Notes: generated by a model from the sequence alone, not told the origin. 64,000 nucleotides of DNA from Azolla caroliniana (GCA_043228905.1 JBHGNT010000018.1:12400001-12464000), one strand, 5' to 3'; numbered from the stretch's first letter, positions 13,577 to 24,835 are shown. Program-made: numbers and translations.

Positions 13577-14661
13577 TGAAGAACCACTCGTCTCTTAGTC
13601 CTTTTAGATATGCATGAGTTACTTGCCAACTCACTCTCGTTAGGAACCCCCATTTGGTCACTAGATTTATCCACAAAAATTAAGTGTCTTGCGAAAGTAG
13701 TTAATGTTATATAGACTCAACCAAGAAAACACAATCAAATGTTTTTAAATGTGGCCTACAAAGTGAGAAATATTTTGTTTCAAACATTAGAATTACATAT
13801 CAAATATGACAAATGTCAATTCTAAAAATTTAGTACTGAAATATGAAGAAATGAAACATTTTAGTATTGAAAATAAAAAAATGGATGGAAGGAACCTCCA
13901 ATGGTGGAGGGAGCGTTGGATATGCCGCCTCGATTTGGTGGAAGGAACCTCCAATGGTGGAGGGAGCGTGGATATGCAGCCTCAATTTGGTGGAAGGAAC
14001 CTCCAATGGTGGTGGGAGCGTTTAATATGCCGCCTCGATTTGGTGGAAGGAACCTCCAATGGTGGAGGGAGCGTTGGATATGCCGCCTCGATTTGGTGAA
14101 AGGAACCTCCAATGCTGCCTCGATTTGGTGGAAAAAGCCCCAAATCACCACGACATCAACTGCAATCGGTGGAAGTAAGAAAGTCGTTGTCGAAGAAGTC
14201 ACTATTGGTTGCTACCTAAACCCTAACAAAAATAGAAACCCTAAAAAAATCAGAAACCCTCAACTCAAACTCTCCAACCAGACATGGATGTCTGAGATTT
14301 AGATTGAAGGAAAATCAGAAACGTGACATGGATGTCTGTGATGAAAAGCTCAGAGGGATAGAGGAAGAGGAGTATGAGGGGAAGCGCCAAAACGACATGA
14401 GGGGAAGCGCCAAAATCGACGTGAGGGGAAAATAGCCCCCAAAATGGAAGAACATCTCCTCACATGTTCCCCCCACTCCTTCTATAGTAAATGACACTTG
14501 TACTACAGTCACCCCACTCTCCAAAATCGATTTTCTTTTTCTCTAATTTTTTTTCTGAATTATTCAGTACTAACAATATTGAAAGTACTGACAATTTTTG
14601 TGGCCAAAAACAGTACTTTTCTGGTACATCGTAGCGTGCTTCGACCCAATAGTTAATTTTT
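13577..14661. mobile_element. Unclassified 1085-bp non-coding insertion in LINE ORF2, no TSD
   Basis: LINE copy 2 reads CTATG^CATCTC uninterrupted; here the same site is split by unrelated sequence. Confidence 0.75.
13886..14133 (+). repeat. 53-bp minisatellite, ~4.5 copies
   Basis: Unit TGGAAGGAACCTCCAATGGTGGAGGGAGCGTTGGATATGCCGCCTCGATTTGG starting at 13886, 13939, 13991, 14044, 14097. Confidence 0.95.
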
Positions 14662-17125
14662 CATCTCATATTTCGGTGCTAGACTCTAAACCTATTGATG
14701 ACCTGCAGTGGGATCCAACGGATTATGGTTGGAAATTATCCATATCTGACTCTTCGACTAAGCTCCTTCCTTTTTTCAAATATTCAGTAGCGTTTGGCAA
14801 GAATTTTATGTTGAGGCAGACCGAACCGATACCTGCTGGAAAAAAGTATTGGGAGGAATGTTTCATCTACTCATATGGTTATGTTTTGGAAACAGTTTTG
14901 GTCAATTAAATGCATGAATAAGATATTGCATTTTCGGTGGTTGATGATTCATTATGCATTGCCAATAGGTCATTTATTGAGGGGATCAGTGAGTAATCGG
15001 TCATGTATTATGTGTGGGTTTGCGGATGAGACATTGCATCATGCATTTTGGGAATGTGTTTCAGCAAAAAGTTTTTGGTGTCGAATTCTTAGGCTTCTAG
15101 GTCGTAAGTATAGGTCTGCTATTTGTACGTGGGGTGCAGTCTTCTAGGGAATGTTGGATCAACAAAGGGCTTTTTATCATTATAATCATTCTTCATTGTC
15201 TTTATATGTAAGAAGTTTTCAGGTATATTCTACTTCAAGATCCTTGCAGGGAGTCAAGTTCTTCTCGCAGAGTTATGTTTGGCAGATTGTCTCCTCGTTG
15301 TCTCTATGGGTTCTTTGGAAAGCTTGGTGCTCCAAGTTATACAATGATGAAGACATTCACGTTGTGGATCAGGTAAAGTCTTTTTGGAATTTATTAGTAC
15401 ATTCGGTTAAAGGTGAGTATGACAGGTATAAAGGCTATGGAAACACAGCCATTCGAAAAAGAAAGAGATTACGACGAGTTTGGTCAGTTATTCCTATAAT
15501 GTTAGATGCAGGCACGGAGGTTAGGTGGAATTATGTGCCACCTCGTTGGTTGTTCCCGCCACCAGTACCATTCTTATGGCGAACAACATGAGATAACAGG
15601 GAGGAGACGGTGGCGGCATGTAGGAAGCTTATTTTAATGTAGGTAAGATATACATATGCTAGAAGAAGATATGAGGAAATGGGATGATGTTCTGGATGCT
15701 GAATCAGACTAGTATAAGAAGATTTTAGTGGTATGAGGCAGATTTCATGTGATAATCAGAGACATCGACATGGTGGATGTGGACAGGTTGAAATAGGTTT
15801 AAGTTGTTTTGTGATTAGGATGATTGATGTTGGTGGGGGTTGTCGAAGATTACTAGGAGAAGGTGAGGATTTCTGTTTGTTTTCTACTCATTTGTTGGTT
15901 GTTAGTGTAACAGGATTGTGGAATCGGAGATAACGAGATGGTAGATGGGGACATGACGAAGCCATTTTTCTGTCTTTTGTGGTTAGGATGAGTGATGTTG
16001 GAGTGGGGGCTGAAGCAGATTATTATGAGAAGGCGAGGAATGGTTTTCGCTCATTTTTTGTTGTGATTACAGGGCCGCGTTAATCGGTGAGATGGAATAG
16101 GGGAAGCAAGTTACCCCAGATATGGGCTGACTTAAGACAGATATTATGGTTCTCATAGGTGGCGGGATGATGGCAGTGGGATTTGAAGCAACTTTGTCAT
16201 GGTGTGAGGATGAGTGGTGTTGGTGTGAGGGCTGAAGCAGATCAGGAGGGGAGAGGAATCATTGTTCACTTATTTTGTTGTTAATTGCACAGGATATTGG
16301 CGGTACTCGGCGAGATGGTGGATGTGGATTGATTGAAGCAATTTTGTTGTTTTTAGGAGTGATGATGGTGGGGGGGACATAAGCAAATCATGAGGGGATG
16401 AGGAACCATTATTCACTTGTTTTTGTTGTTATTTGTATAGGTCAGAGGTGGTATTCGGCGAGATGGTGGATGTGGTTTGATTGAAGCAATTTCTCTGTTT
16501 TTAGGAGTGACGATGGTGCGGGGGAACGAAGCAAATCATGAGGGGATGAGGAACAATTTCTCATTTTTGTTGATTCATTGCACAGGACATTGGTGGTATT
16601 CGGTGAGATGGTGGATGTGGACTAAAGGAAGCAATGTGTCTGTTTTAGGAGTGATGATGGTGGGGGGGATCAAAGCACCTGACACATATGATTGGAAAGA
16701 CAGAGGACATGGAATATCATGTGAAATATAAGTTTTCTATGGAGTTCTGTTCTAAGAGCCCGAAATTTTGTTTTCTGCAGCAGATCACTGGAATCAATGT
16801 TGTGGTTTATGGCTGTTTTTTTTTCCCAACAGTTTTTACAAATGCTAGAATCAGTTCAGATATACTGGTGGAGATGAAACAATATTATGTACTATTTGTA
16901 TACTGCCTCTGGGCTTTTTATTAATACCAATGGAGTATATGTTTTATGGTAAAAAAATAAAATGGTGCCAACCGGCACCTATTCGGAACCGGTCCGGATC
17001 CGGATCGGCATACCGATTCCGGTCCGCCCGTTCACGTCTCATAAACTACTTAATTAAAATAGATCCCGAATAAACAATCCCTTTCATATTCTGGTCTTTA
17101 ACTCCTTTGTCGGCCGGGTAACACA

Positions 17126-17142
17126 TGGCACGCCCGTGGGAC
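17126..17142 (+). promoter_or_regulatory. Inverted tRNA-Arg PBS-like site at the PPT position of element B
   Basis: TGGCACGCCCGTGGGAC, 2 nt from the LTR; matches the recalled plant tRNA-Arg(UCU) 3' end complement TGGCACGCCCGGTGGGAC minus one base. Second copy at 24688-24704. Confidence 0.7.
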
Positions 17143-17249
17143 AGTACCTTGTACGTCAAATCCCACTATCCAGACCTTAGCCTTTGTCCAAGATATCCAG
17201 AATACTTTGCTCCAGGGTATCCAATGGTTCTTCGGGAATCTGTTTTTGT

Positions 17250-20095
17250 TGTTGTGGCTGCTGCTGCTCCGGCTCCGGCTCCTCCGACTGTTGCTCCTTG
17301 GGTGGCGCCTGTTCGGCTCCCGGTACCGGCGGTTGTGGCGGTGATTCCTCCGTCAGATGCTCTACCGGATTTGACTCCGATTGACTCGCCCTAGCCTTGT
17401 CCCCGTCCGATTCTTGCCCCGGCGATGGCTCCTCATCGCTGAGGTTGATGGTCGCCGCTTGCTTTGCTCCTTCTTGTCGTAGCCTGGTCCGCTCATAACT
17501 TTCAAATTGGATTTGAACATATAGTCGATCATCGTCCAGCTGTGCTACCTATTGCCGGACCACTCCTGACATGTTCCTCCACCAGAATTACAAAGTCTTC
17601 TGCTAACTCAACTCTTACGGCGGTGAAGTCCTCCTTTGTTAGCATGTAGTAGTCATCGCCATCCTTCTACCGGTTTTCCACGTCCGCCGTTAGCAACTGG
17701 AGCCCGGCTGTGTGTTTTGCCCATTTGTCCCACCATTGCGCAGAGCTTTTGTCAATCAAGCGTTTTGTCTTGTTCCTCCTTGCCTGGACAATGAACTAGA
17801 TCCGCTCCAATCCCATCTTCGATTTGTCCTCCGAGGCTTGCGATTCTTCCTTCAATTGCTTGATTAGCGCCACCATGTCCGCCTCCTGCTCTCGATAATG
17901 TGACAATTGGTGTTGGTAGGTGTTCTACAACCTCTACAATACCATTGTCACTCTTTCCTTCTCTTCATAATGTTGCTCATGGAGCTCCATACATTCTTGC
18001 GCGGCTTCCTCCAGTAGCATGGTTCTTTCAGCCCGTTCCTCCGTTAGCGCCGTCTCAGCTCGATGCACCTCTTGCCGAAGCTCTGCCATCTTCTCCTGTT
18101 GTTTCTTATGCTCCGTATCCAGGTGCTTGTAGTACCGCTGCAGGTGCTCAAAGTCATCGGTCTTCTGCTTCAGCTTCTGGTTAAGTTGCCGGCGAGTGCC
18201 GTCTTCCCAATCCTTCTGTTGATGGAGTTCTTCTTTAAGTCTTTCAATCTCCGTTTCCGCCATCCGTCGCAGCTTCTCCTTTTCTTGCAACGCTTTCTCT
18301 TTCTCCTCCTTAAGCCGGTCATATGCTTGATGTCCTTTCCGCAGATTGTCTTCTGTCCGGCGGAGGTTCTCAGCAGTCTTCCTTTGTTCTTCTTCTGCCG
18401 CTTTCTTCAAGTCCCTTTCTCGGGTGCGTAATGCTTCTTGTGTGGCCAATTCATCTTTCAATTCAGCAAGCTCTTTTGCTTGCGCCACCACTATCTCTGG
18501 GACTGGTTCCATCTCCGGGGTCTTATTGCTATGTACAGGTGCCGGTGTGTCTTTATTCTGTACATCTACCGGAGTCACTGGTGCTTGGATCGGTCGTCTG
18601 GTTAAGGCCATTTTGGCCAATTCTTCTATGTGCAGGTCCAAGTCTTGTTCTAGGCTCCGGATCCTTGACCGGGCCATCTCTAGTTCTCCGGTTGTGATGA
18701 GCAACCGATCCATCTACGCTTTCTCTTCCGCCTCTATGTAGTGCACCACTCCGGCAATCTGGTCTCCAATCCACCAGAGCCATTGGCTATTGGTGCCCTG
18801 TTGTTGCGTCTGCCCAGAGGGTTGGTTGTTGGTGTCGCTGGCCAGTGGTCGGTTGCGTCCGGTTGCGTCGAGTTGTAACTCTGTCTTTGATTGGGGACCC
18901 CTTTGCCATTCTGGTTCCGGTTGCGGCTCCGTTGGCCGCTCCACCTCTGATTGCTCTTGACCTGCCGGTGGGGTACGCAATTGTACTTCCGGCGCTTGCA
19001 TTCGGGTCTTGTCGTATCCTGACCCACCAGTATAGTTTGTTGTGCAGGGAGCTCTGTGACCGGTTCTGTCCGAACCGGTTCCGGTTCCACCCTTGGTGCG
19101 GGATGCTCAATGCGGGGTAGAGGCGTTCCATCCTTCTTTGGGTCCGAATGCTCCCCAGTCTATTCGGAGATGCTTGCCTTCTAGCGCTGCTGGAGGTGCT
19201 CTAACGGTTCCTCCTCCACTTCCTCCTCCTGAGTCCCGATGTTGATTTTTGTTGCCATGGGGTCCGGCTCTTGTTGAACCGGTCGGTGAAGTTTGATCTT
19301 GATTGTCCATGCCAATGGCTCCTCCTGCGTTTCCGCCTACAACTTCCTATTGGTGCGCTCCTTTGCCGCCTGGTCCGTGTCGGTCGCCTTCCCTTTGGTT
19401 GCCTTAGAGGCCAACAGTTGCTGCCGTTTAGAGGCCGTTTTCGGGGTGCCTTCGGTTGTTCTTCCCCGCTTTGTGGTCTTGACGGGCTCGATAGGTGGCG
19501 CCAATAGGGTGAGCCATTGCGCCACTGCCGTCCATATCTTCCGATCCTCCTTGCCTCTTACAGAGTCGATGGCCGCATAGAGGCCATCCGCAATCAGTAC
19601 CGGCCAGTCCACCTTCACGCCTTCATATGTTATTGTGATTAAACCGGCTCGGTTTTGAGGCATGCACGGGGGTCGAGGGTATACATGTCCAAATTCATGG
19701 AGCACACAAGCAATCTCTTGAAATAGTGGATCTTCGCCGCTCTGTGTCCCATAAGCCTTGCTGGCCAGAGAGTATTTCCCAAAATATTTTCGAAGCTGCT
19801 CCGGGGTAGGGTTGTCGATAGTGAAGATGCCCCCCTTCGGAAGGCCAATCAAAGCATGGATGGCCTCCTCCGTGATCAGTTCCGTGTCGATTTCCTTTAC
19901 TATCTTCTCCGCCTCCCGGTGCGGTGGTGCCTCCATGATTGTGAGGAAACCTTTTAACCCGTGTTGCCTTAGCCACTTCTTGGCTGCTTCAGATAGTGCT
20001 TGGCAGTCCATGGCATCTTCGAGGTCGGTGAGCGCTGGTGAGGGGTGTGTTTGAGGAGGCTTTGTGTGCGTGGGCTCGCGTCTGATGATCTTCAA
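17250..20095 (-). pseudogene. Element B accessory ORF downstream of integrase: globular N-terminal domain, low-complexity linker and long coiled coil
   Basis: ORFs 19337-20095 (252 aa), 18714-19090 and 17934-18713 (E/K/Q-rich) on the sense strand of B; homologue at 54468. The 3' limit is approximate. Confidence 0.7.
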
Positions 20096-21545
20096 TCGCC
20101 TATGTTCGTTTGTGCTCCTCTATTCGCGAAATGTGAAGGCTTCCACGTGGTGGGAGTTTTCTTGCTGCATGTTGGCGCCTTTTTTCTGACTCGCGCGTGT
20201 GCGCGTCGCGTCGTCTACTAAAATAGAATGACGTGTCATGTGGCGACGGTTTAATATCCTATTAATAGCCCACTACGTACCTTTTCAAAGTGCCTGTTCA
20301 CTCCTTGTTCTTGCATGTGTCCATTCACACCTAGCCCTTGCATGATTTTCTTTTGATTTGATTTTATTTGATTTGATTATTTTATTTTATTATTTTATTA
20401 TTTTTATTATTTCTTTTAATAAAAACGGTTTGGTTAACTCGCATCCGGTCCCACTAGACCCCTATCCGAATTGTGGGACTTGTCGGCCGCTGGACTGCTT
20501 ACCGTCATGTCGTTCTTGCCATTTGGCGGCTCATGGTCCCTCTAACCGGCTTCGCGCTTGCGGATTGCTAAACGTGTTACCGTCTCTTCTGACTTACCGG
20601 TGTCCGGTTCTGTGTCGGCCTTTACTTGTTCAAATGGGTTTCATGGCATAGTTCCATTGTATGGTTTGAGTCGGAACCCATTGACCCATTTACCCAGAAC
20701 CTCGCCGACGAGTGTCCCTAACTGGTAGGAACTGTTGAACTCACGTGTGATTCAATATGGTCTGGTCCACCGAAACCGTAGCTTCCCCGGCATCTTACCC
20801 ATCCGGGTCTGGAATACTAGTACCGGCTTACCTATTCCGAACATCTTTTCGTTCCCTTTTTGGTGACGGTCCACGAACGCTTTCCTTCACCGCTGCTCAA
20901 GTTCTAGGTGCATGATGCTGGCTAGCTGGTGTTCTTCCAATTCGCACAACGCGGCTAACTGGATCGCTTCCGATTCCTTCTCATTTAGGCATTCCCGAAT
21001 CTGTATTCGTAAACTCGACCGGCATCACTACTTCCAATCCGAATGGTAGGCGAAACGGTGTTGTGCGGATACTTGTCTTATATGTCGTTCGATAGGCCCA
21101 GAGTGCACTGTGTAGCTCTGTATCCCAATCCGTCCGGTTCTCATTGTTAGCTTTCCACTACTTGCCCTAAAAAGTGCCCGCCTTGGTCACTTATTAGCTC
21201 TATCGGACATCCATACCGGCACCAGATGTATTCATATAAAAATTGTGCCGTGGATGCCGCGGTGTTGTCACGTAGTGCTTTGGCTTCCACCCATTTGGTG
21301 CAATAATCCGTAGAGACAATTACGTACCGGTTGCCGGTTCTCATTGCCGGTGGTTTGAATGGACCGACAAAATCCAGCTGTCATTTCTAAAATGGTTCTA
21401 ACGGTAGCACGGGCTGGTGAGGCATCCTAGCTTGTTCGGTTGGTTGGCCCATTCGCTGACATAGGTCGCATTCTTTAGCGTACTGGACTGCATCCTTCAA
21501 TGTTGTTGGCCACCATAGTCCACTCTGCCATATTTTCCTTGCCGT

Positions 21546-22414
21546 TGTCGTGCCTTTCGGCTCCGGATCGTTTGCGTGAGTCGGGTGGGAACCACCGGGG
21601 TTTTGGACTAGGAGGAGGAAGAATTTGAGGCTAATCTAGTTATGAATATGAATAGATTATAAGAAAGAGATATAGAAACTTGTGAATCCCACAAGTATAA
21701 TTGTTTTAGTTTATCTAAATCGTAGTAATAAATTGAAATAATTTAGAATAGATTAGAGTAGATTGAGAAAAGAGATCAAACCTTGTGAATCCCACAAGTA
21801 TTACATTAATCAATATTTATGTAAGAATATGAATTTAGATTGAAAGAGATAGATTATCTTAAACTTCGTGAATCCCACGAGTATATTTTATTGATTGTTG
21901 GTGTTTTAGGAAATATATCCAATTTCCCAAATATTTTTCACACACCTATTACATTGTGCTCCCCATCCTTATGTAGTGATGGGAGAGACTAAGCATAGCT
22001 ACATGCTTTTTTTCTAATATGTTCATGCACACTAAATGTGCATGTGATGCTTTTCTAATCCTTGCTTTTATTTGCTAAATATAGTGCTCATGCACGCTAG
22101 ATGTGCATGAGTCACTTTTTAGTCGCTTGCGTTTTTCTATAAAATATTCACGCACTCTAAAAATACATGATTTACCTTTTAATAAAGGTAGGCGCAAATA
22201 AAGCACTTATAGTTATTAAATCTATTTATAGAACACTAAAGATAAGGTAGCATAATGGTAAAGTTGAGGTTTGGCTACGTGGAGGTATAGGGTTCAAATC
22301 CTGCCCTATGCACGTGATAAATATCTTGATATATTATTTTATTTATTTATATGTAATTAAATCGGTTATATTATTTTTTACTTTTTCACGTAGTGTACGA
22401 AATACACTACGACA
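21546..22414. mobile_element. 869-bp solo LTR of an otherwise absent family, inserted in the integrase of B
   Basis: TGTCGT...ACGACA inverted termini; 4-bp TSD CCGT (21542-21545 / 22415-22418); the integrase frame YA.ATARKIW is restored when it is removed. Confidence 0.85.
22248..22301 (+). promoter_or_regulatory. tRNA-type RNA polymerase III internal promoter (A and B boxes) inside the solo LTR
   Basis: A box TAGCATAATGG 22248-22258 and B box GGTTCAAATCC 22291-22301 at tRNA-like spacing; no convincing cloverleaf. Confidence 0.6.
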
Positions 22415-24233
22415 CCGTAGCATATCTGGCATAATGTCCTCTAGCCACTCCACAGTGTTCTTCGCACGATATTATATCCTTTTCGTCGTTGCGCACAGCA
22501 CGCTGCCATATCCCATCTACGCCTTTGTGGTACAGTGTGTCTTGTAATAGATAGAAGTGTCGACTTTGAACCGCTAAGCGTTTCCTCTCGTCTCTGTTCA
22601 TCTCCTCCGGAGGTAAGCCGGTGTTCAGAAATTGGTGTATGTTAGTGAGCCACTTGTCTTCCTCTACGACCATACCATCCGTTGTCGTTTCTGCTGTGAC
22701 TCTAAACAACTCTACATCCGGGAAGTCGTCTGGGACACCGTCACCGGTTTCGCCGGAATCTAACCGGCTCAAATAGTCTGCTACCACATGTTGTATGTCG
22801 GGTCGATAGAATATCTCGAACTCAAATTCTTGTAATAGTAACGTCCACCGGGCCAGCTTACCGGTGAGTGATGCTTTGGACACCAAGTAGAGGAGCGCTG
22901 AATGATCTACGTGAAAGGAAAATTTCCTTCCCAACAGATAGTGTCTAAACTTGGTGACACTATAGATCTTACCCAAGTCCTCCCTTTCCGTTGTGGAATA
23001 ATTACCTTCTACTTGGGACAGCTTCCAACTGGCACAATACACTGGCCGGTACCACTTCGGTTCAGTAAGTTGCATAAGCCCGCTCCCGATTGTGATGTTG
23101 GACGCGTCAACGAACACATGGAACTCTTTAGACCAATCCGGAGGTTGCACCACCGGTGCTTGTGACAACAGTACTTTTAGTGCCTGGTAAGCCTGGTCTT
23201 CTGTGTCCATCCATTGGAACGGTGTCCCATGTACTGCGGCATGCAATGGTGTAGCTAGGTCTGCCAGATACCGGAGCATTCGGCTATGCCACCGAATTTG
23301 TCCTAAGAACCGGCTTAATGCCTTTGCCGTGGTTGGTGCCGGTGCCTCCAAAATAGCTTTGACCTTGTCCGGATCCACTGCAATACCGTCCTTGCTAACG
23401 ATGTGGCCAAGTAACGCTCCGGTGGCCACTCCAAACACGCATTTTGCCGGGTTCAGGCTTAGTCGGTAAACCCTACATTTCTCCAAACATAGTCGGAGGT
23501 GCTAAAGGTGATCCCCTTTCCGGCTATAAACAGCGAAGTCGTCCAAAAACACCTGCATGAGTGCCGGAATGAATTCCCCGAAAATCTCCATGATGATCCG
23601 CTGGAAGGTTGTTGGCGTCGTTTTCAATCCGAACATCATCACTATGGCAACAAAGACTCCCCATTCGGTGACAAAGGCGGTTTTCTCCTGGTCGTCGGGG
23701 TGCATCCGGATCTGATTATAGCCGTTGAAACCGTCCAAAAAACTGTACACCTCATGACCGGCGACCGCATCTAGGACTCCATCCGTGAATGGAAGTGGGA
23801 AGGCGTTCGTTACCATAGCCGCATTCAATTTCTAGTAGTCGAGGCAAACTCTTATCTTACCGTTCTTTTTCGGTACTACGACTATCGGACTGAGCCATGT
23901 GGCTTTCTTTACCGGTCGGATGAAGCCAACCCTTAGCAACTTGTCGATTTCTTCTTTGACTTTTGCTGCGTAATTTGGGTTCATCTGGTAACGCCGTTGT
24001 GCTACTGGTTTGGCGTCTTTACTCAGATGTATCTGGTGTTGATACAACGGAGGATCGAGTTCCGGCATGTCCTCATAGGACCAGGAGAACACATCCTTGG
24101 CGATGTGAACCAGTCTTGCGTCCTCTGTGGTACCTAGGTTTACCTCCTCTAATTGAGATGCTTTTACGCGCTGCGACACCGCCATTTCCCTTTCCAGTGC
24201 CTCCTGTGCTTGGATTGTGTTAACCCAGTGCCT

Positions 24234-24835
24234 CCAAAAACTGTCTTAATCCTTAGGGCCGGACAATGGCCTAACATAGGGTGTCTACGGAAGACACTTC
24301 ACCAAAGAGGTGTTACGCCAAGATAACTTAATACACAACGATTAATCAGACTTAATTGGTTACATAGCAATATGGCATTAAATTCGATACACGCGTATGA
24401 TAGAACAATTAGTATAGAATGGTAATCAACACTTAAAGATAAAACAAGAAGCTCTATTAATTATCCGTCAAAGTTTTACATTGTAACCGGGCCTTTATAT
24501 AGGTCACCGGTGCTGAGTACAAAACGGTGCCAACCGGCACCTGTTCGGAACCGGTCCAGACCCGGATCGGCATACCGATTCCGATCCGTCCGTTCACGTC
24601 TCATAAACTAGTTAATTAAAATAGATCCCGAATAAACAATCCCTTTCATATTCTGGTCTTTAACTCCTTTGCTGATCGGGTAACACATGACACGCCCGTG
24701 GGACAGTACCTTGTACGTCGAATCCCACTATCCGGCCCTTAGCCTTCATCCAAGATATCCAAAATACTCTACTCCAGGGTGTCCAATGGTTCTTCGAGAA
24801 TCTGTTCTTGCTACTGTGGTTGTAGTGGTTGCTGC
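24234..24835 (-). mobile_element. Third element-B LTR (24244-24685) with flanking internal sequence, inserted between protease and RT of B
   Basis: 442-bp LTR preceded by CCAAAAACTG (as at 34725-34734) and followed by ~150 bp matching 17124-17270; flanked by TGCCT repeats (24229-24233 / 24836-24840). Confidence 0.88.

Larger units (their letters stand above)
10324..15591 (+). pseudogene. LINE copy 1 ORF2 (APE-RT-zinc finger), with stops, a frameshift and a 1.1 kb insertion
   Basis: ORF track pieces 10358-11407, 11408-12514, 12521-13222, 13045-13576, 14662-15591; colinear with the copy at 39712-44023. Confidence 0.92.
10324..16958 (+). mobile_element. LINE copy 1 (L1-clade non-LTR retrotransposon), 5'-truncated
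   Basis: APE endonuclease (NIYAP, GDFN, SRLDRF), RT (LDFEKAYD, QGCPLAP, FADD) and C-terminal CCHC; A-rich tail; ~13-15 bp TSD AAAA(C/T)GGTGCCAA at 10311-10323 / 16959-16971. Confidence 0.93.
10034..17123 (-). repeat. 3' LTR of element B, split by LINE copy 1
   Basis: The two halves sum to 442 bp and match 34735-35176; TATA-like TATATAAA on minus near 10284-10291. Confidence 0.92.
20600..24185 (-). pseudogene. pol: Element B pol (RT, RNase H, integrase)
   Basis: KLLRVGFIRPV, FLDGFNGYNQI, FLDDF, FVDASN, YSTTERE, DYCTKWVEA, ISDQGGHF; integrase split by a solo LTR. Confidence 0.93.

Noticed and set aside
13886-14133. CRISPR-like regular repeats
   Set aside because: The whole 53-bp unit repeats with no unique spacers, there are no cas genes and the context is eukaryotic; it is a minisatellite.
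17934-18713. Host coiled-coil gene or a true envelope gene
   Set aside because: It lies inside the LTR-bounded element B in its sense orientation with no intron structure; no signal peptide or transmembrane segment is evident.
22240-22315. Functional tRNA gene
   Set aside because: A and B boxes are present, but acceptor and anticodon stems could not be paired convincingly.
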